Virus record (IMG/VR): IMGVR_UViG_3300022555_000027
Coordinates: 32,270 to 96,269 of that record
Length of the DNA: 64,000 nucleotides
Strand: one strand, 5' to 3'
DNA from: a virus
Shown here: in pieces, positions 50,801-60,347 of the stretch
Layout of the letters: each line of letters starts with the position of its first letter
How positions within the stretch are numbered: position 1 is the stretch's first letter
Notes under the pieces: generated by a model
Databases searched by the model: none
Told to the model about the DNA's origin: nothing
What the model saw: the letters and a program-made list of their open reading frames with translations, nothing else
Translations under genes and position numbers: made by a program

Positions 50801-52222
50801 CTATTTCACAAGAGGTAGTCGAAGCGAGAATACCGACCCCTTGCCCTGTGTCGAGGTTAGCTTGATGTCAGTTCCCAGAACTTGCGCCGTTTTCCGTGCT
50901 ATTACAAGTCCTAAACCAGACCCCTTCTCACCCTGGCGAGCTTTGTTATTCAACTGAACAAATGGGTCAAATATGGCGTCTAGCTTATCAGGGGCAATTC
51001 CGATGCCGTTGTCTAAAACTTGTATCTCAATCTCATTGCCCCGGTGACGGCACCCTACAAGAACTGTCCCACCCCGTGAGAATTTAATGGCATTTGATAC
51101 AAGATTTGAAAGAGTGCGGTATAGGATGTCTGCGTTCGTAACGATCGTTACACTTACGGGGATGACGATCTCAAGCCGGCAGTCGTTGGCACTGGCGTGC
51201 CGTGTGAACTGATCTGAGAGGCGGATGAAGATCATGGCGAGCGGGTGCGGTTCCCGGGGCCATAGGGCGCTTCCAAATTCATACCGGTTGATGTCGAGGA
51301 AGTCGTCAAGCAGCTTTGACATTCGATCTGATGATACCCTTGCCTCATTGAGCAGGTCGCCCACATTCTCCCCGTCTTGTTCAAGGTCAAGCTCTATTGC
51401 TGTAATGAGCAACCGGAGGGCGTGTGCAGGTTGGCGAAGGTCATGGGCACCAGCGGCAAAAAACTGACGGCGGTAGGTAGCCTCAAGGATGGCCTTTTCC
51501 TTTTCCTTGATAAGCTCTCCTGTTGCAGCTTTGATGCGGGAGAGAAGTCGGTCTTCTGTTGCCTCATTCAAAATTATGATCAGGGCCAGCGTTAAGATTA
51601 TGCGGCATATGGTAGTTAGTGCGTAATAGAAAGCCAAGACACCCCCTTGCTCGTAGTAGGATATGTCCGGTATGGGCACAAGTTGAACATAGACGCCACG
51701 AACAATAACGACTAGAGTAGTCAAAGTGACTGCAAGTATAATCATACTAAGTCCCACCCCATACGCCCCTCTTCTAATTCGAGTGGCAATCAAAAAGTAG
51801 TTTGCGGTGCCTAGAAAAAAGAAATGAGCGACGCATAAAATAGTGATACGAGTAGCTATGTCTTGTGGTTCAAATCCGAACTGGTAATAAAACGCCGCAA
51901 ACCACCCAATTACGATGGGATACATGACATAAAACATCCGCCGACCGCATAGCCACAAAACTCCTGCATGGAGAAACGCTGATGCGATAATAACTATGGT
52001 GTTCCCGACGAAGCCCTGGTTCACATGGTATATCGACCCCTTTGTAAGAACTATGATCAGGCCGACGCCATAAAGGAGGTCGTGCGCAGCAAACAGTAGA
52101 AAACCTTGTGCCCCCTTCTTATATGCACATAGGGTCAGGAGCACTAGACCGCAGGCTATAGCAACGATTGAAGAGGCAAGTCCGAAGGTACTCACATCGA
52201 GACGGATCATTTTACCCTCCAT
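50801..52222 (-). CDS. Multi-TM sensor histidine kinase
   Basis: About 7 hydrophobic helices; H-box HDLRQP, N-box NLVSNAIKF, DNGIGI, IFDPF, GSGLGL. Confidence 0.93.
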   Translation of the reverse strand: MEGKMIRLDVSTFGLASSIVAIACGLVLLTLCAYKKGAQGFLLFAAHDLLYGVGLIIVLTKGSIYHVNQGFVGNTIVIIASAFLHAGVLWLCGRRMFYVMYPIVIGWFAAFYYQFGFEPQDIATRITILCVAHFFFLGTANYFLIATRIRRGAYGVGLSMIILAVTLTTLVVIVRGVYVQLVPIPDISYYEQGGVLAFYYALTTICRIILTLALIIILNEATEDRLLSRIKAATGELIKEKEKAILEATYRRQFFAAGAHDLRQPAHALRLLITAIELDLEQDGENVGDLLNEARVSSDRMSKLLDDFLDINRYEFGSALWPREPHPLAMIFIRLSDQFTRHASANDCRLEIVIPVSVTIVTNADILYRTLSNLVSNAIKFSRGGTVLVGCRHRGNEIEIQVLDNGIGIAPDKLDAIFDPFVQLNNKARQGEKGSGLGLVIARKTAQVLGTDIKLTSTQGKGSVFSLRLPLVK

Positions 52223-52387
52223 GTTCCTAAAATTGTATCTTTCTTAACTATTTCGGTTAGGCGTCGTTAGGCGTATCAGGTGCCTCGGGACCGTGCCATA
52301 AGTAGGCTATCGAACGCCAGCTAAAAGGCGAGCCGCTCTTGAGAATAGGCGCGGCGCACGGAAACAAGGGCAAAAGGGGGTTAGGGT

Positions 52388-52633
52388 ATGGATAACGTGA
52401 CCGGAACACTCGCAGTCGTTGCCGCAGTCAGCTACCTCGTTGCGGGTCGCCAAACCATCATGCTCTACTTCCTTACGCGCCGGGGGAACGATGGGATGCT
52501 CTTGTGGGCAGAGTATCGCCGTGGCTGTATGTATGCCACGCTCCTGGTCTGGGTTCTCGCTTGTCTTTGGCCCGTCCTGCTGGTGGGTCAAGTTGTTGCC
52601 AAAACCGTCCAGTCCATGGAGCAACCCCAATGA
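52388..52633 (+). CDS. Small membrane protein
   Basis: Two hydrophobic segments; ATGA overlap with thyX. Confidence 0.55.
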   Translation: MDNVTGTLAVVAAVSYLVAGRQTIMLYFLTRRGNDGMLLWAEYRRGCMYATLLVWVLACLWPVLLVGQVVAKTVQSMEQPQ

Positions 52634-53628
52634 AGTTGGTTCAGCCGCGTGCGTTCATCATCGGGGAGACGACAATCGTCGTTCCCGGGATGCGTGACTT
52701 CCTTGACGAACTTGGAGCTTCCGCGTTCCCGATCAATCACAGCATCCCACCGGGCCAGTTTATGGCCGAGGTAGCTGGACGGACCTGTTACAAGTCCTTC
52801 CATGTTGGGCTCAATCCCAACGTAAAGTCCATCCGTGCGGACAGTTCCGAGTACATGGCCAACGTGATCGCTTCGGCTCACGGGTCAGTGCTTGAACACG
52901 CCACCGTGAACTTCGGGCTGGCGAACGTGTCTCGCATTCTCACACACGAACTGGTGCGTCATCGTCAAGGTGTGGCAATCAGTCAGGAGAGTATGAGGTT
53001 TGTCCGTCTGACCGACCTCGGGATGTACTATCCAAGCGCATTCGAGGTGGAGGAGATCGAACACTTGTACGACAGCATTCCACCACTTGAACTTCTAGCC
53101 CCCGGCGAGATTATGTTCGACACGGAAGGCAACCCGGTGTGGTATCGCCCAAGCGCGGAAGGGGGTGGCCACTTCGGCCCCGACGCCTTCAACAAGCTGA
53201 CCCCCGAAGAGATGAAGGTATGCTGGGTGTCCGAGCGCGTCCTGATGATGTTGACCATCTTCAATGACGAGGTTGCTGCCGCTGAGGACAATCAGTTGAC
53301 CATGGCTGGTCTGCTTCGGCTTGACCACTCGAAGTCGTTCACGGCCAAAAAAAAGGTGACCTCGGCAATGCGTCGGCTTGCCCCGGCTGGCGTTGCAACC
53401 TGCTTGGTGTGGACGGCAAACCACCGCACTATCCGGTTCGTTATCCAACAGCGGACCAGCCGTGGTGCTGAGGAAGAGATACGGGTGTTGTTCCACGACA
53501 TCTTCAAGCAGGTCCATAATCGGTTCCCGGACCTGTATGCTGATGCCCACTTTGAGTATGACGACGAGGAGGACGAGGCGAAGCTCAACGCCAACTACGC
53601 CGTCGTGTTCGAGCACCACAAGGTCTAA
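52630..53628 (+). CDS. thyX: Flavin-dependent thymidylate synthase
   Basis: GRTCY.S, HGSVLEH, SR..THELVRHR...SQESMRFV, N.R, R....AE.EIR. Confidence 0.92.
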   Translation: MKLVQPRAFIIGETTIVVPGMRDFLDELGASAFPINHSIPPGQFMAEVAGRTCYKSFHVGLNPNVKSIRADSSEYMANVIASAHGSVLEHATVNFGLANVSRILTHELVRHRQGVAISQESMRFVRLTDLGMYYPSAFEVEEIEHLYDSIPPLELLAPGEIMFDTEGNPVWYRPSAEGGGHFGPDAFNKLTPEEMKVCWVSERVLMMLTIFNDEVAAAEDNQLTMAGLLRLDHSKSFTAKKKVTSAMRRLAPAGVATCLVWTANHRTIRFVIQQRTSRGAEEEIRVLFHDIFKQVHNRFPDLYADAHFEYDDEEDEAKLNANYAVVFEHHKV

Positions 53629-53884
53629 CTGAAACCAGTTTCAAAACGAGGGATGCAATGAAATCGTTGAAGCACTCGGAAGTCCAGGCGTTCTCAAATT
53701 GGGTAGGCCGCGTTGGTACGATCCTGCCGAACGCCGGATACCACGATGTCCTCCGCGTCGAAGTCAACGGCCAGCTCGTTGTTTACAAGAAACGCAAGGG
53801 CAGCAGCCTCGAAACCTGCCAACGCGGGTCGCGGCTTGTCAATGAATGGCGGTCGTGTGAACAACAGATCGCAGCTTGACGGGG

Positions 53885-53904
53885 AGGGGGCTTCGGCCCC
53901 CTTT
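53885..53904 (+). terminator. Terminator hairpin
   Basis: AGGGGGC-TTCG-GCCCCCT-TT. Confidence 0.65.
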
Positions 53905-54439
53905 ACCCTTTGGAGGATACCATGAGAGACCGGCCAGCACCGTCCGCAAGTGCCAAGCCTTCTGTTTTTGTACCGGAACAGCCAACGCAATGGCCTGCCG
54001 GTTCCCTGGTATTCGCACACAACACGGCTCATTTGCGTGAGCCTGATGGCAGGTCCAGCTTCAAGGGCTTGTTGGGGTGTGTTTACAGAGACATAGCAAG
54101 TGGGCGGAAGGACTACGCAGTGTGGCGGTATAATAAGCAAGCGGCCTCATTTACGTTTGTGGGTCATTATGTAACATGGCATGAGGGAATGGGCCGTCTC
54201 GACTAACGGCGTGTTCGCTGAAATCAAAGTATACATTATGAACTACTTGGTGGACCCCAAGCAGGGCGCCCCCTATTCGTAAGGTTAGCGGGTGCGTGAT
54301 GTACTCAGGTGAGGCAAAATGCAACAGAATGCTACGAAAAGTGATTGACGAACCTCAAGGAAGTGGTATGGTTAGGCCGGATTTGGGGCGGCAAGCGCCC
54401 ATAGCCTGATCGACAAAACTCAATGAAGAGGACTTCCCG

Positions 54440-54898
54440 ATGCTCGAATATACTCCCGCTGGGCAATTGCAGCCACTGAAGCGGACACCTCCCGCCTCCA
54501 CATTCACGGTGGAGCACCTAACCGAACTTAAAGATGTGGAGAAAGATGTAATGCGTGACCGCGTTGCATATATCCACGTCACAGGGTGCAACCCATCCCA
54601 CCTTCGTAAGATCACCCAAGATTTCCTGGCCGTGATGACATCCTTCTTCAAAGGACCGCTGCCTGAGCCAAAGGTGGGTCCAATTGTCATCAACCCAGAC
54701 GTGCTTGAATTTCTTGACATCGAAGCACACCCGCTTGTGAAAAAGGTTAACGAGTTCTACCGTAGGGGATACCGGATTAATGTTCCCGGTGGTGAGCGGA
54801 GGCGGTATAGCGCGGTTCGTATGGAGGGCGCTATAAACGGAAAGCGGTCAAGGATCACTGTGCAGTCTGATGGCTCTGTTCTTGAGGGATGGGCCTGA
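54440..54898 (+). CDS. Hypothetical protein
   Basis: GAGGA RBS; 152 aa. Confidence 0.6.
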   Translation: MLEYTPAGQLQPLKRTPPASTFTVEHLTELKDVEKDVMRDRVAYIHVTGCNPSHLRKITQDFLAVMTSFFKGPLPEPKVGPIVINPDVLEFLDIEAHPLVKKVNEFYRRGYRINVPGGERRRYSAVRMEGAINGKRSRITVQSDGSVLEGWA

Positions 54899-55242
54899 AG
54901 GTGAATGATCTCGCAAAGTTCGCTCCCCCTAAAGGCACGAAAGGGCGCCTGCTCCTCAGACTTCTATTAATTGGGGATCAGGTTGGGCCAGTTGAGGCAT
55001 TCTATCGTCTCAACCTTCCCACCCTTGCTGCTAGGGTGAGCGAGCTTCGCAAACTGGGCTGGCCTGTACGAACTATCGAAATGCCCCATCCAACCCTTGC
55101 AAATGAAGATGTAACCTACTATCTTTTAGATCAGCACTTCCGATCGTGGCTGTCTGCCCACCCGGGCGCTTCTCCGAAGGATTATCCCGACAGTGATGGC
55201 CGGGGTAAGTTTACAGATAGGGGCGAAGTCACCCAGGTCTGA
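54889..55242 (+). CDS. Winged-HTH protein
   Basis: EA......LAARVSELRKLGWPV...YYL. Confidence 0.7.
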   Translation: MGLKVNDLAKFAPPKGTKGRLLLRLLLIGDQVGPVEAFYRLNLPTLAARVSELRKLGWPVRTIEMPHPTLANEDVTYYLLDQHFRSWLSAHPGASPKDYPDSDGRGKFTDRGEVTQV

Positions 55243-55293
55243 AACCAGTTGCAAAATCCTCAATGACCCACCTCTGGCCCATTGGGGATTGGT

Positions 55294-57054
55294 ATGTCTG
55301 TCACCATAAAAGCGCGTCCAGCGTCCAATCGTGCGACCACCGGCCGCAAGCGCCGGAAGGGTGTCCCCGAGACGACTGATGTCCATGTCAGGGCTCTGAA
55401 GGAGTTCGTGGCATCGCAAAGCATGGATGATCCTTTCGACCTTTACTACGCTGGCGGGCAGACGGGTGTCCCAGGTACTAAATGGGTTGTAAGGCAGCCG
55501 CCATACTCGTTTAACACGCTTATGCGTGTCCCCTACGAGAACTCCATCCTCTTGAGTTGTATTCGGGCTATCGTCACAAATTGCGACGGCCACGGTTACA
55601 CCATGGAGTACATCGGGCCGAGTGGTCAGCACTCCTGCCCGGCAGCAGTCAAGGAAAAGGCTGTCCTGCAAGACCTGCTCGACCACCCCACCTATGATAT
55701 GACCTTCCAGACCTTGCGTGAGCGTATCCGCGAGGACTATTGGACTGTCGGCAACGCATTCATCGAAATTGGCCGGGGTAAGGACGGGCGTATCGTCTCC
55801 GTCAATCACATTCCTGCCTACATGATGCGCGTCACCGGGCCGGACAAAGAGCACACCACCTTCACTTACCCGATGCCCCGTGACGGGAACCCCAAGGCTA
55901 CTGCGCGCTTGTCGCGTCGGTTCCATCGGTTCGTCCAGATGTACGGCATCGAGCGGGTGTTCTTTAAGGAGTTCAACGACCCGCGCAAGATCAACCCCCA
56001 AAATGGCATGCCCAATGATGGGTTGGCCCCGGAAGATTGCGCCACCGAGATCATCCACCTCAAGTTCTACACCCCGTTTAGCATGTATGGTGTCCCGCCT
56101 TGGGTTGCCAACATGCCTTCCGTGCTGGGCACCCGGCAGGCCGAACTGGTGAACCTGGACTTCTTCCAAGAGAACGCCATTCCGGCGATGGCCCTGCTGG
56201 TCAGTGGCGGCCAGTTGACCGACGAGACAGTTCAGGAAATTGAAGAGCACTTCAGCGTGGTGCGTGGGCGCGGCGCAATGAACCGGGTCCTCGTGTTGGA
56301 AGCCCTCGGGGACATGACCGGAGCGTCTGAGACCGGCACCGTGCCGACCCCGAAGGTTGAGTTGAAGATGCTGCAAGGTGAGCGACAACAGGACGCGATG
56401 TTCCAGGAGTTCGATAAAAATGGTCGGATGCGTATACGCTCTAGCTTTCGGCTTCCTCCTGTGCTGCTGGGTGAGGCAAATGACTACACCTATGCAACCG
56501 CCAAGGTCAGCTTCGAGATCGCCGAAAGTCAGGTGTTCGCCCCCGAGCGCACCAAAATGGATGACGTGTGGAACAACCAAATACTCACCACCTATCAGCC
56601 CCAGTTTTGGCGCTTCCGTTCCAATCCCCCTCGAATGGTTGATCCCGATGACGTAGTGAATGCCATCAACGTCTTCGACAAGGTTGGCGCCTTGACCCCC
56701 AACACTGCAATCAGGCTCTACAACGAGAGCTTTGATATGCACATCGACACCATCGACCAACCATGGGGCGACGTGCCGATGCAGTTGCTTGTCGAGTTTG
56801 CAACCAATGGCACGCTGATCGGCTTCGACGACGTGAACGACCCCGAGCTTGCCCAGCCCGATGCGGGCGGTGGCACGCCGGCTGATGCCAAGCAGCAACC
56901 CCGACCGTCCTCACCGAAGGAGGACACCACTCTCGACGCCCTTCACGCGATGCGGCGAACCATCCGTGAGTTTCGGGCAATAGCATCCAAGATGGACCGC
57001 CAGGGCCGTGATGCAAAGGGGCACGACAGTGGAAACCGCCCTCCTCAGTCTTGA
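55294..57054 (+). CDS. Portal protein (PBSX-like)
   Basis: D....GNAFIE, HIPA..MR, EIIH, YGVP, FF.....P, D..F, F.LPP.LLG; first gene of the head module. Confidence 0.9.
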   Translation: MSVTIKARPASNRATTGRKRRKGVPETTDVHVRALKEFVASQSMDDPFDLYYAGGQTGVPGTKWVVRQPPYSFNTLMRVPYENSILLSCIRAIVTNCDGHGYTMEYIGPSGQHSCPAAVKEKAVLQDLLDHPTYDMTFQTLRERIREDYWTVGNAFIEIGRGKDGRIVSVNHIPAYMMRVTGPDKEHTTFTYPMPRDGNPKATARLSRRFHRFVQMYGIERVFFKEFNDPRKINPQNGMPNDGLAPEDCATEIIHLKFYTPFSMYGVPPWVANMPSVLGTRQAELVNLDFFQENAIPAMALLVSGGQLTDETVQEIEEHFSVVRGRGAMNRVLVLEALGDMTGASETGTVPTPKVELKMLQGERQQDAMFQEFDKNGRMRIRSSFRLPPVLLGEANDYTYATAKVSFEIAESQVFAPERTKMDDVWNNQILTTYQPQFWRFRSNPPRMVDPDDVVNAINVFDKVGALTPNTAIRLYNESFDMHIDTIDQPWGDVPMQLLVEFATNGTLIGFDDVNDPELAQPDAGGGTPADAKQQPRPSSPKEDTTLDALHAMRRTIREFRAIASKMDRQGRDAKGHDSGNRPPQS

Positions 57055-58060
57055 GACGTTGGCCCTCCTACAGCCGTGGGGGGACCAGCACTCTTTTGAT
57101 GCTCTTCTGACCGAACTTGATTGCATCGGCATGCTGGCGCGTCTCGATACCCTGATCCGTCAGAAGGGTGGGGAAGTCCCGGATGAGGGGGAGATTGAGG
57201 AAGCTGCCAACACCCGGGATGAGCACGGTTCACCGTGGCTCCGGGGCTACGAGGCCGAACTAACTGCCATCTTCCTGCAAGACTACTGGGACCGGATGCA
57301 GACCTCCTTGGCGAAGTTTCGCTTCGAGATGAACTACAGTCGTCCAGATGTCACGCGCGCAATCAACGAATTGGATGCTGCCATTGATGGCATGAGGGTC
57401 TTAGACCAGGACGTGAAGAAGGAGACCAAGGCCCGGATAGCTGAGATCATGAAGGCAGGCTTCGACAAGGGGAGCAAGGGGCAGAACCTTGATAGCAGCT
57501 ACGTCGCGTCACATAGCCGCCTCATGGTTCAGGACGGCCTTTGGGAGAGCCTGGGGTTCTACCTCCGTGAGTTCTTTTACCGCTTTGTCGCCCCGAAGGT
57601 CCGCAAGGAGCTTGAGGTAGTGTTCGACGAAAAAATTGTCCAGAAGGTAACAGATACAAGAAAGGTGCTTGAACTTCTAGCCAATCCATCCTATGTTACA
57701 GCTTACATGGCGATCATGGCCAACGTGGCGGCCCAGCGCAGCTACAATTACGGCTTCCTGACAGCCATCCAGGCACGCGGTGTCCGGGTATTCCGGCTCG
57801 TCGCGGTCATCGACAACCGAACGAGCGACATCTGTCGCGCACTCAACGGCACAGAGTTTTTCGTCTCCGATGCCCTTCGGTTGATCGAAAGAGCTTCAAA
57901 CCCTCAAATCCCAACAGCGGCAACGACCGTAACACCCTGGCTCCGGGCTGAAACGCTTGAACCCATGTCGGTTCAGCAGCTTGTAGCCGCAGGGGTAATG
58001 GTCCCGCCGTTTCACGCAGATTGCCGCACCCACCTCGAAGAGGTTAAGGCGTCAATTTGA
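57008..58060 (+). CDS. Head morphogenesis protein (Mu gpF/SPP1 gp7-like)
   Basis: AVIDNRTSDICRALNG...PPFHADCR; start may be GTG 57029. Confidence 0.85.
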   Translation: MMQRGTTVETALLSLETLALLQPWGDQHSFDALLTELDCIGMLARLDTLIRQKGGEVPDEGEIEEAANTRDEHGSPWLRGYEAELTAIFLQDYWDRMQTSLAKFRFEMNYSRPDVTRAINELDAAIDGMRVLDQDVKKETKARIAEIMKAGFDKGSKGQNLDSSYVASHSRLMVQDGLWESLGFYLREFFYRFVAPKVRKELEVVFDEKIVQKVTDTRKVLELLANPSYVTAYMAIMANVAAQRSYNYGFLTAIQARGVRVFRLVAVIDNRTSDICRALNGTEFFVSDALRLIERASNPQIPTAATTVTPWLRAETLEPMSVQQLVAAGVMVPPFHADCRTHLEEVKASI

Positions 58061-58082
58061 AACTGGTTTCAGGGACGGGGCT

Positions 58083-58655
58083 ATGTCAGAGCGTCGGAAC
58101 ATCACGTTTGCAATCAAGTCAGTTGACCAAGCTAAACAGCTTGTCACTGGCATGGTGTATGCGCCGATGGTTATCGACACGACTGGCGAGTTCATGCTTC
58201 CCGAAGACCTTGAACTGGCCGCCCATCGCTTCCTACAGATCGACCTATCCAAGTGCGTTGATACCCAACACAACAATGTCCTCAACGGGTCCTACCCGGT
58301 CGAGAGCTACATCGCTCGCGGAAACCCGGAATACCCGGAAGGCTCGTGGGTGGTCACAATCAAGGTCCCGGACAAGGACCTCTGGAAGCAGATCGTCGAT
58401 GGTGAGATCAACGGTTTCTCATATGAATGCTACGTCACCCTAGTTCCACATGCCGTCGAATACCTCGTCACCCGGGATCATGTCGGGCTTACTGAGGAAA
58501 CTGATGGGCACGCTCATATCTTTTTCGCCCAGGTAAATGAGGCTGGAAAGATCGTCTATGGCAAGACCGAAATAGTCACCGAGCATGATCACCAGATCGT
58601 TTGCTCTTCGCGGACTACGACCGATTACGGTCATAGTCATCGTTTCTTCATCTGA
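58083..58655 (+). CDS. XkdF-like prohead serine protease
   Basis: V.G.VYAP...D..GE, DTQH, VESYIA, GSW, W..I..GEINGFS; His-rich C-terminus. Confidence 0.85.
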   Translation: MSERRNITFAIKSVDQAKQLVTGMVYAPMVIDTTGEFMLPEDLELAAHRFLQIDLSKCVDTQHNNVLNGSYPVESYIARGNPEYPEGSWVVTIKVPDKDLWKQIVDGEINGFSYECYVTLVPHAVEYLVTRDHVGLTEETDGHAHIFFAQVNEAGKIVYGKTEIVTEHDHQIVCSSRTTTDYGHSHRFFI

Positions 58656-58665
58656 GGACCATGTG

Positions 58666-60294
58666 ATGCGACCTATCCCCCGGACCTTTAAGGCAGTTGC
58701 AGTCGCTCAGACTGACCCGGACCCGCGTTTCATTTCGCTGGTCAAGGTCGGGGCGAACCAGACGCCGTTCCGTGCCCTCAAGTCTGCCGTGAAGGATGAA
58801 CTCGCCATGATCGTCTTGAAGGGGGAGGGGGCTTCCGTTGTGGGCTTTGCGTTCCCGGCCGCCAGCTTCACCACCGCGACAGTGAAGGCTTTCATGGATG
58901 ACGGTGGTTACTCCGACTATGCGATTATCGCTGGTGCGGATTACATCCGTGTGAAAGCAGCCGATGCTGTTGGTGGCAATGACCAGCCCGGTGAAGCCCC
59001 TGCGGGCTCCCGTGAGATTGCCTTGAGCGGTGGCGTGGTCGTGACCGTCATCACCAACAAAGCTCCCAACCCGGACATCGCGGGCAACACGCCCTCCATG
59101 ATCACGTCCGCAACACCCGTTCGTACCAAGGAAGATGAGCCCGCAGAGCGTGTGAAACGTGACTTCACGGCTGCCGAACGTGCAACCGACGCCAGTTCAG
59201 GCGCGGCTATGCCTGATGGCTCATTCCCCATCGAAAACGGTTCCGATCTCGAAAATGCTGTCCGGGCGATTGGCCGTGCCAAAAACCCGGCGGCGGCAAA
59301 GCGTCACATTATCTTGCGGGCACGGTCCCTCGGCCTGACCGCTAAACTCCCGGAGGACTGGAAAGTGAGCAAAAAGGACGAAGAGCAGGCCGCCGCAGCG
59401 AAAGCCGCTGGCAACAAGCTGCGTAACAAGCCCGCCGATGCTGACGCGGAGGCGGCTGAAATGGGTGTGCCGAATAGCGGTGGCGAAGCGGGTGCTGTTA
59501 CCCAATCGTCCAGCGACAACCCGGAAGACGGTACGGGCGAAGGCTTGCCGTCTGGTGCAAGTGTCCCCCACCCGGCCACGACTGGTAACGACGGAACGGG
59601 TGAGGGCATCGGTACTCGGGGCGGCCCGTCCGTGATTGCGACCCCCGGTTCAACCGGCCCGCAGGATGCTACCGGCGCTGCCATTCCTTCTCGGGGTGCC
59701 CCCTCGAAGATTGGCAAAAAGTTCGACGATTGGTCGGAAAGGATGGCCAAGCCAACTGCCTTCTCCGATGCGCTGGAAAGCAAAGCGGATGGTGCTCACC
59801 CGGACCTCCACGGTCTTACCCGCTCCCTTCATGATGTAACCAAGGCGTGTGTTGCCAAGGGTGATTATGAGGGCGTGAAGAAGGCAGCCGGCGAGTACGC
59901 CGATCTCGTGACCAAGATGGGTCAGGTGTTTGACGGTGCCCGTTCCGCCAAGCGTGCCAAGTCCGACCTCGACGCCTTCCAGAGCAAGGTTTTCAACGAC
60001 CAGTCGAACGACACCATTGTCGTTCTCAAGGCCGTTTCGGACCTGAGCGCCAAACTCGATACCGCTCTGCAACTGGTTTCAAGTCAGAAAGCCGACACCG
60101 ACGCCAAAATCCAGGAAGTCAAGGCGGCGGCTGAAGCTGTGAACGTCATCGTCCAGCGTGGCGCACAGGCTGGTGACGAGGCGGTTTCCGACAAAAAGGA
60201 AGATGCGCCTGCTTCTGCTTCGGACTTCGTTCGTGACCTCCGTATCCGTTCTCAGTTTGGGCAACCCCCGGCAACCCTCTCCCGCAAAAAGTAA
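58666..60294 (+). CDS. Scaffold-like head assembly protein
   Basis: FISLV..GAN at N-terminus, AMPDGSFPI...DL.NA..A.GRA module, disordered Gly/Pro region, coiled-coil C-terminus; precedes the capsid gene. Confidence 0.7.
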   Translation: MRPIPRTFKAVAVAQTDPDPRFISLVKVGANQTPFRALKSAVKDELAMIVLKGEGASVVGFAFPAASFTTATVKAFMDDGGYSDYAIIAGADYIRVKAADAVGGNDQPGEAPAGSREIALSGGVVVTVITNKAPNPDIAGNTPSMITSATPVRTKEDEPAERVKRDFTAAERATDASSGAAMPDGSFPIENGSDLENAVRAIGRAKNPAAAKRHIILRARSLGLTAKLPEDWKVSKKDEEQAAAAKAAGNKLRNKPADADAEAAEMGVPNSGGEAGAVTQSSSDNPEDGTGEGLPSGASVPHPATTGNDGTGEGIGTRGGPSVIATPGSTGPQDATGAAIPSRGAPSKIGKKFDDWSERMAKPTAFSDALESKADGAHPDLHGLTRSLHDVTKACVAKGDYEGVKKAAGEYADLVTKMGQVFDGARSAKRAKSDLDAFQSKVFNDQSNDTIVVLKAVSDLSAKLDTALQLVSSQKADTDAKIQEVKAAAEAVNVIVQRGAQAGDEAVSDKKEDAPASASDFVRDLRIRSQFGQPPATLSRKK

Positions 60295-60347
60295 CCGTGG
60301 TCCGAGCGTAGTTGCCGGATACACCACCTAACAAGGAGCATGTTAAA

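Noticed and set aside
54200-54440. tRNA or other RNA gene in an intergenic gap
   Set aside because: No T-loop (GTTCRA) or cloverleaf seen here or elsewhere by eye; tRNAscan-SE would settle it
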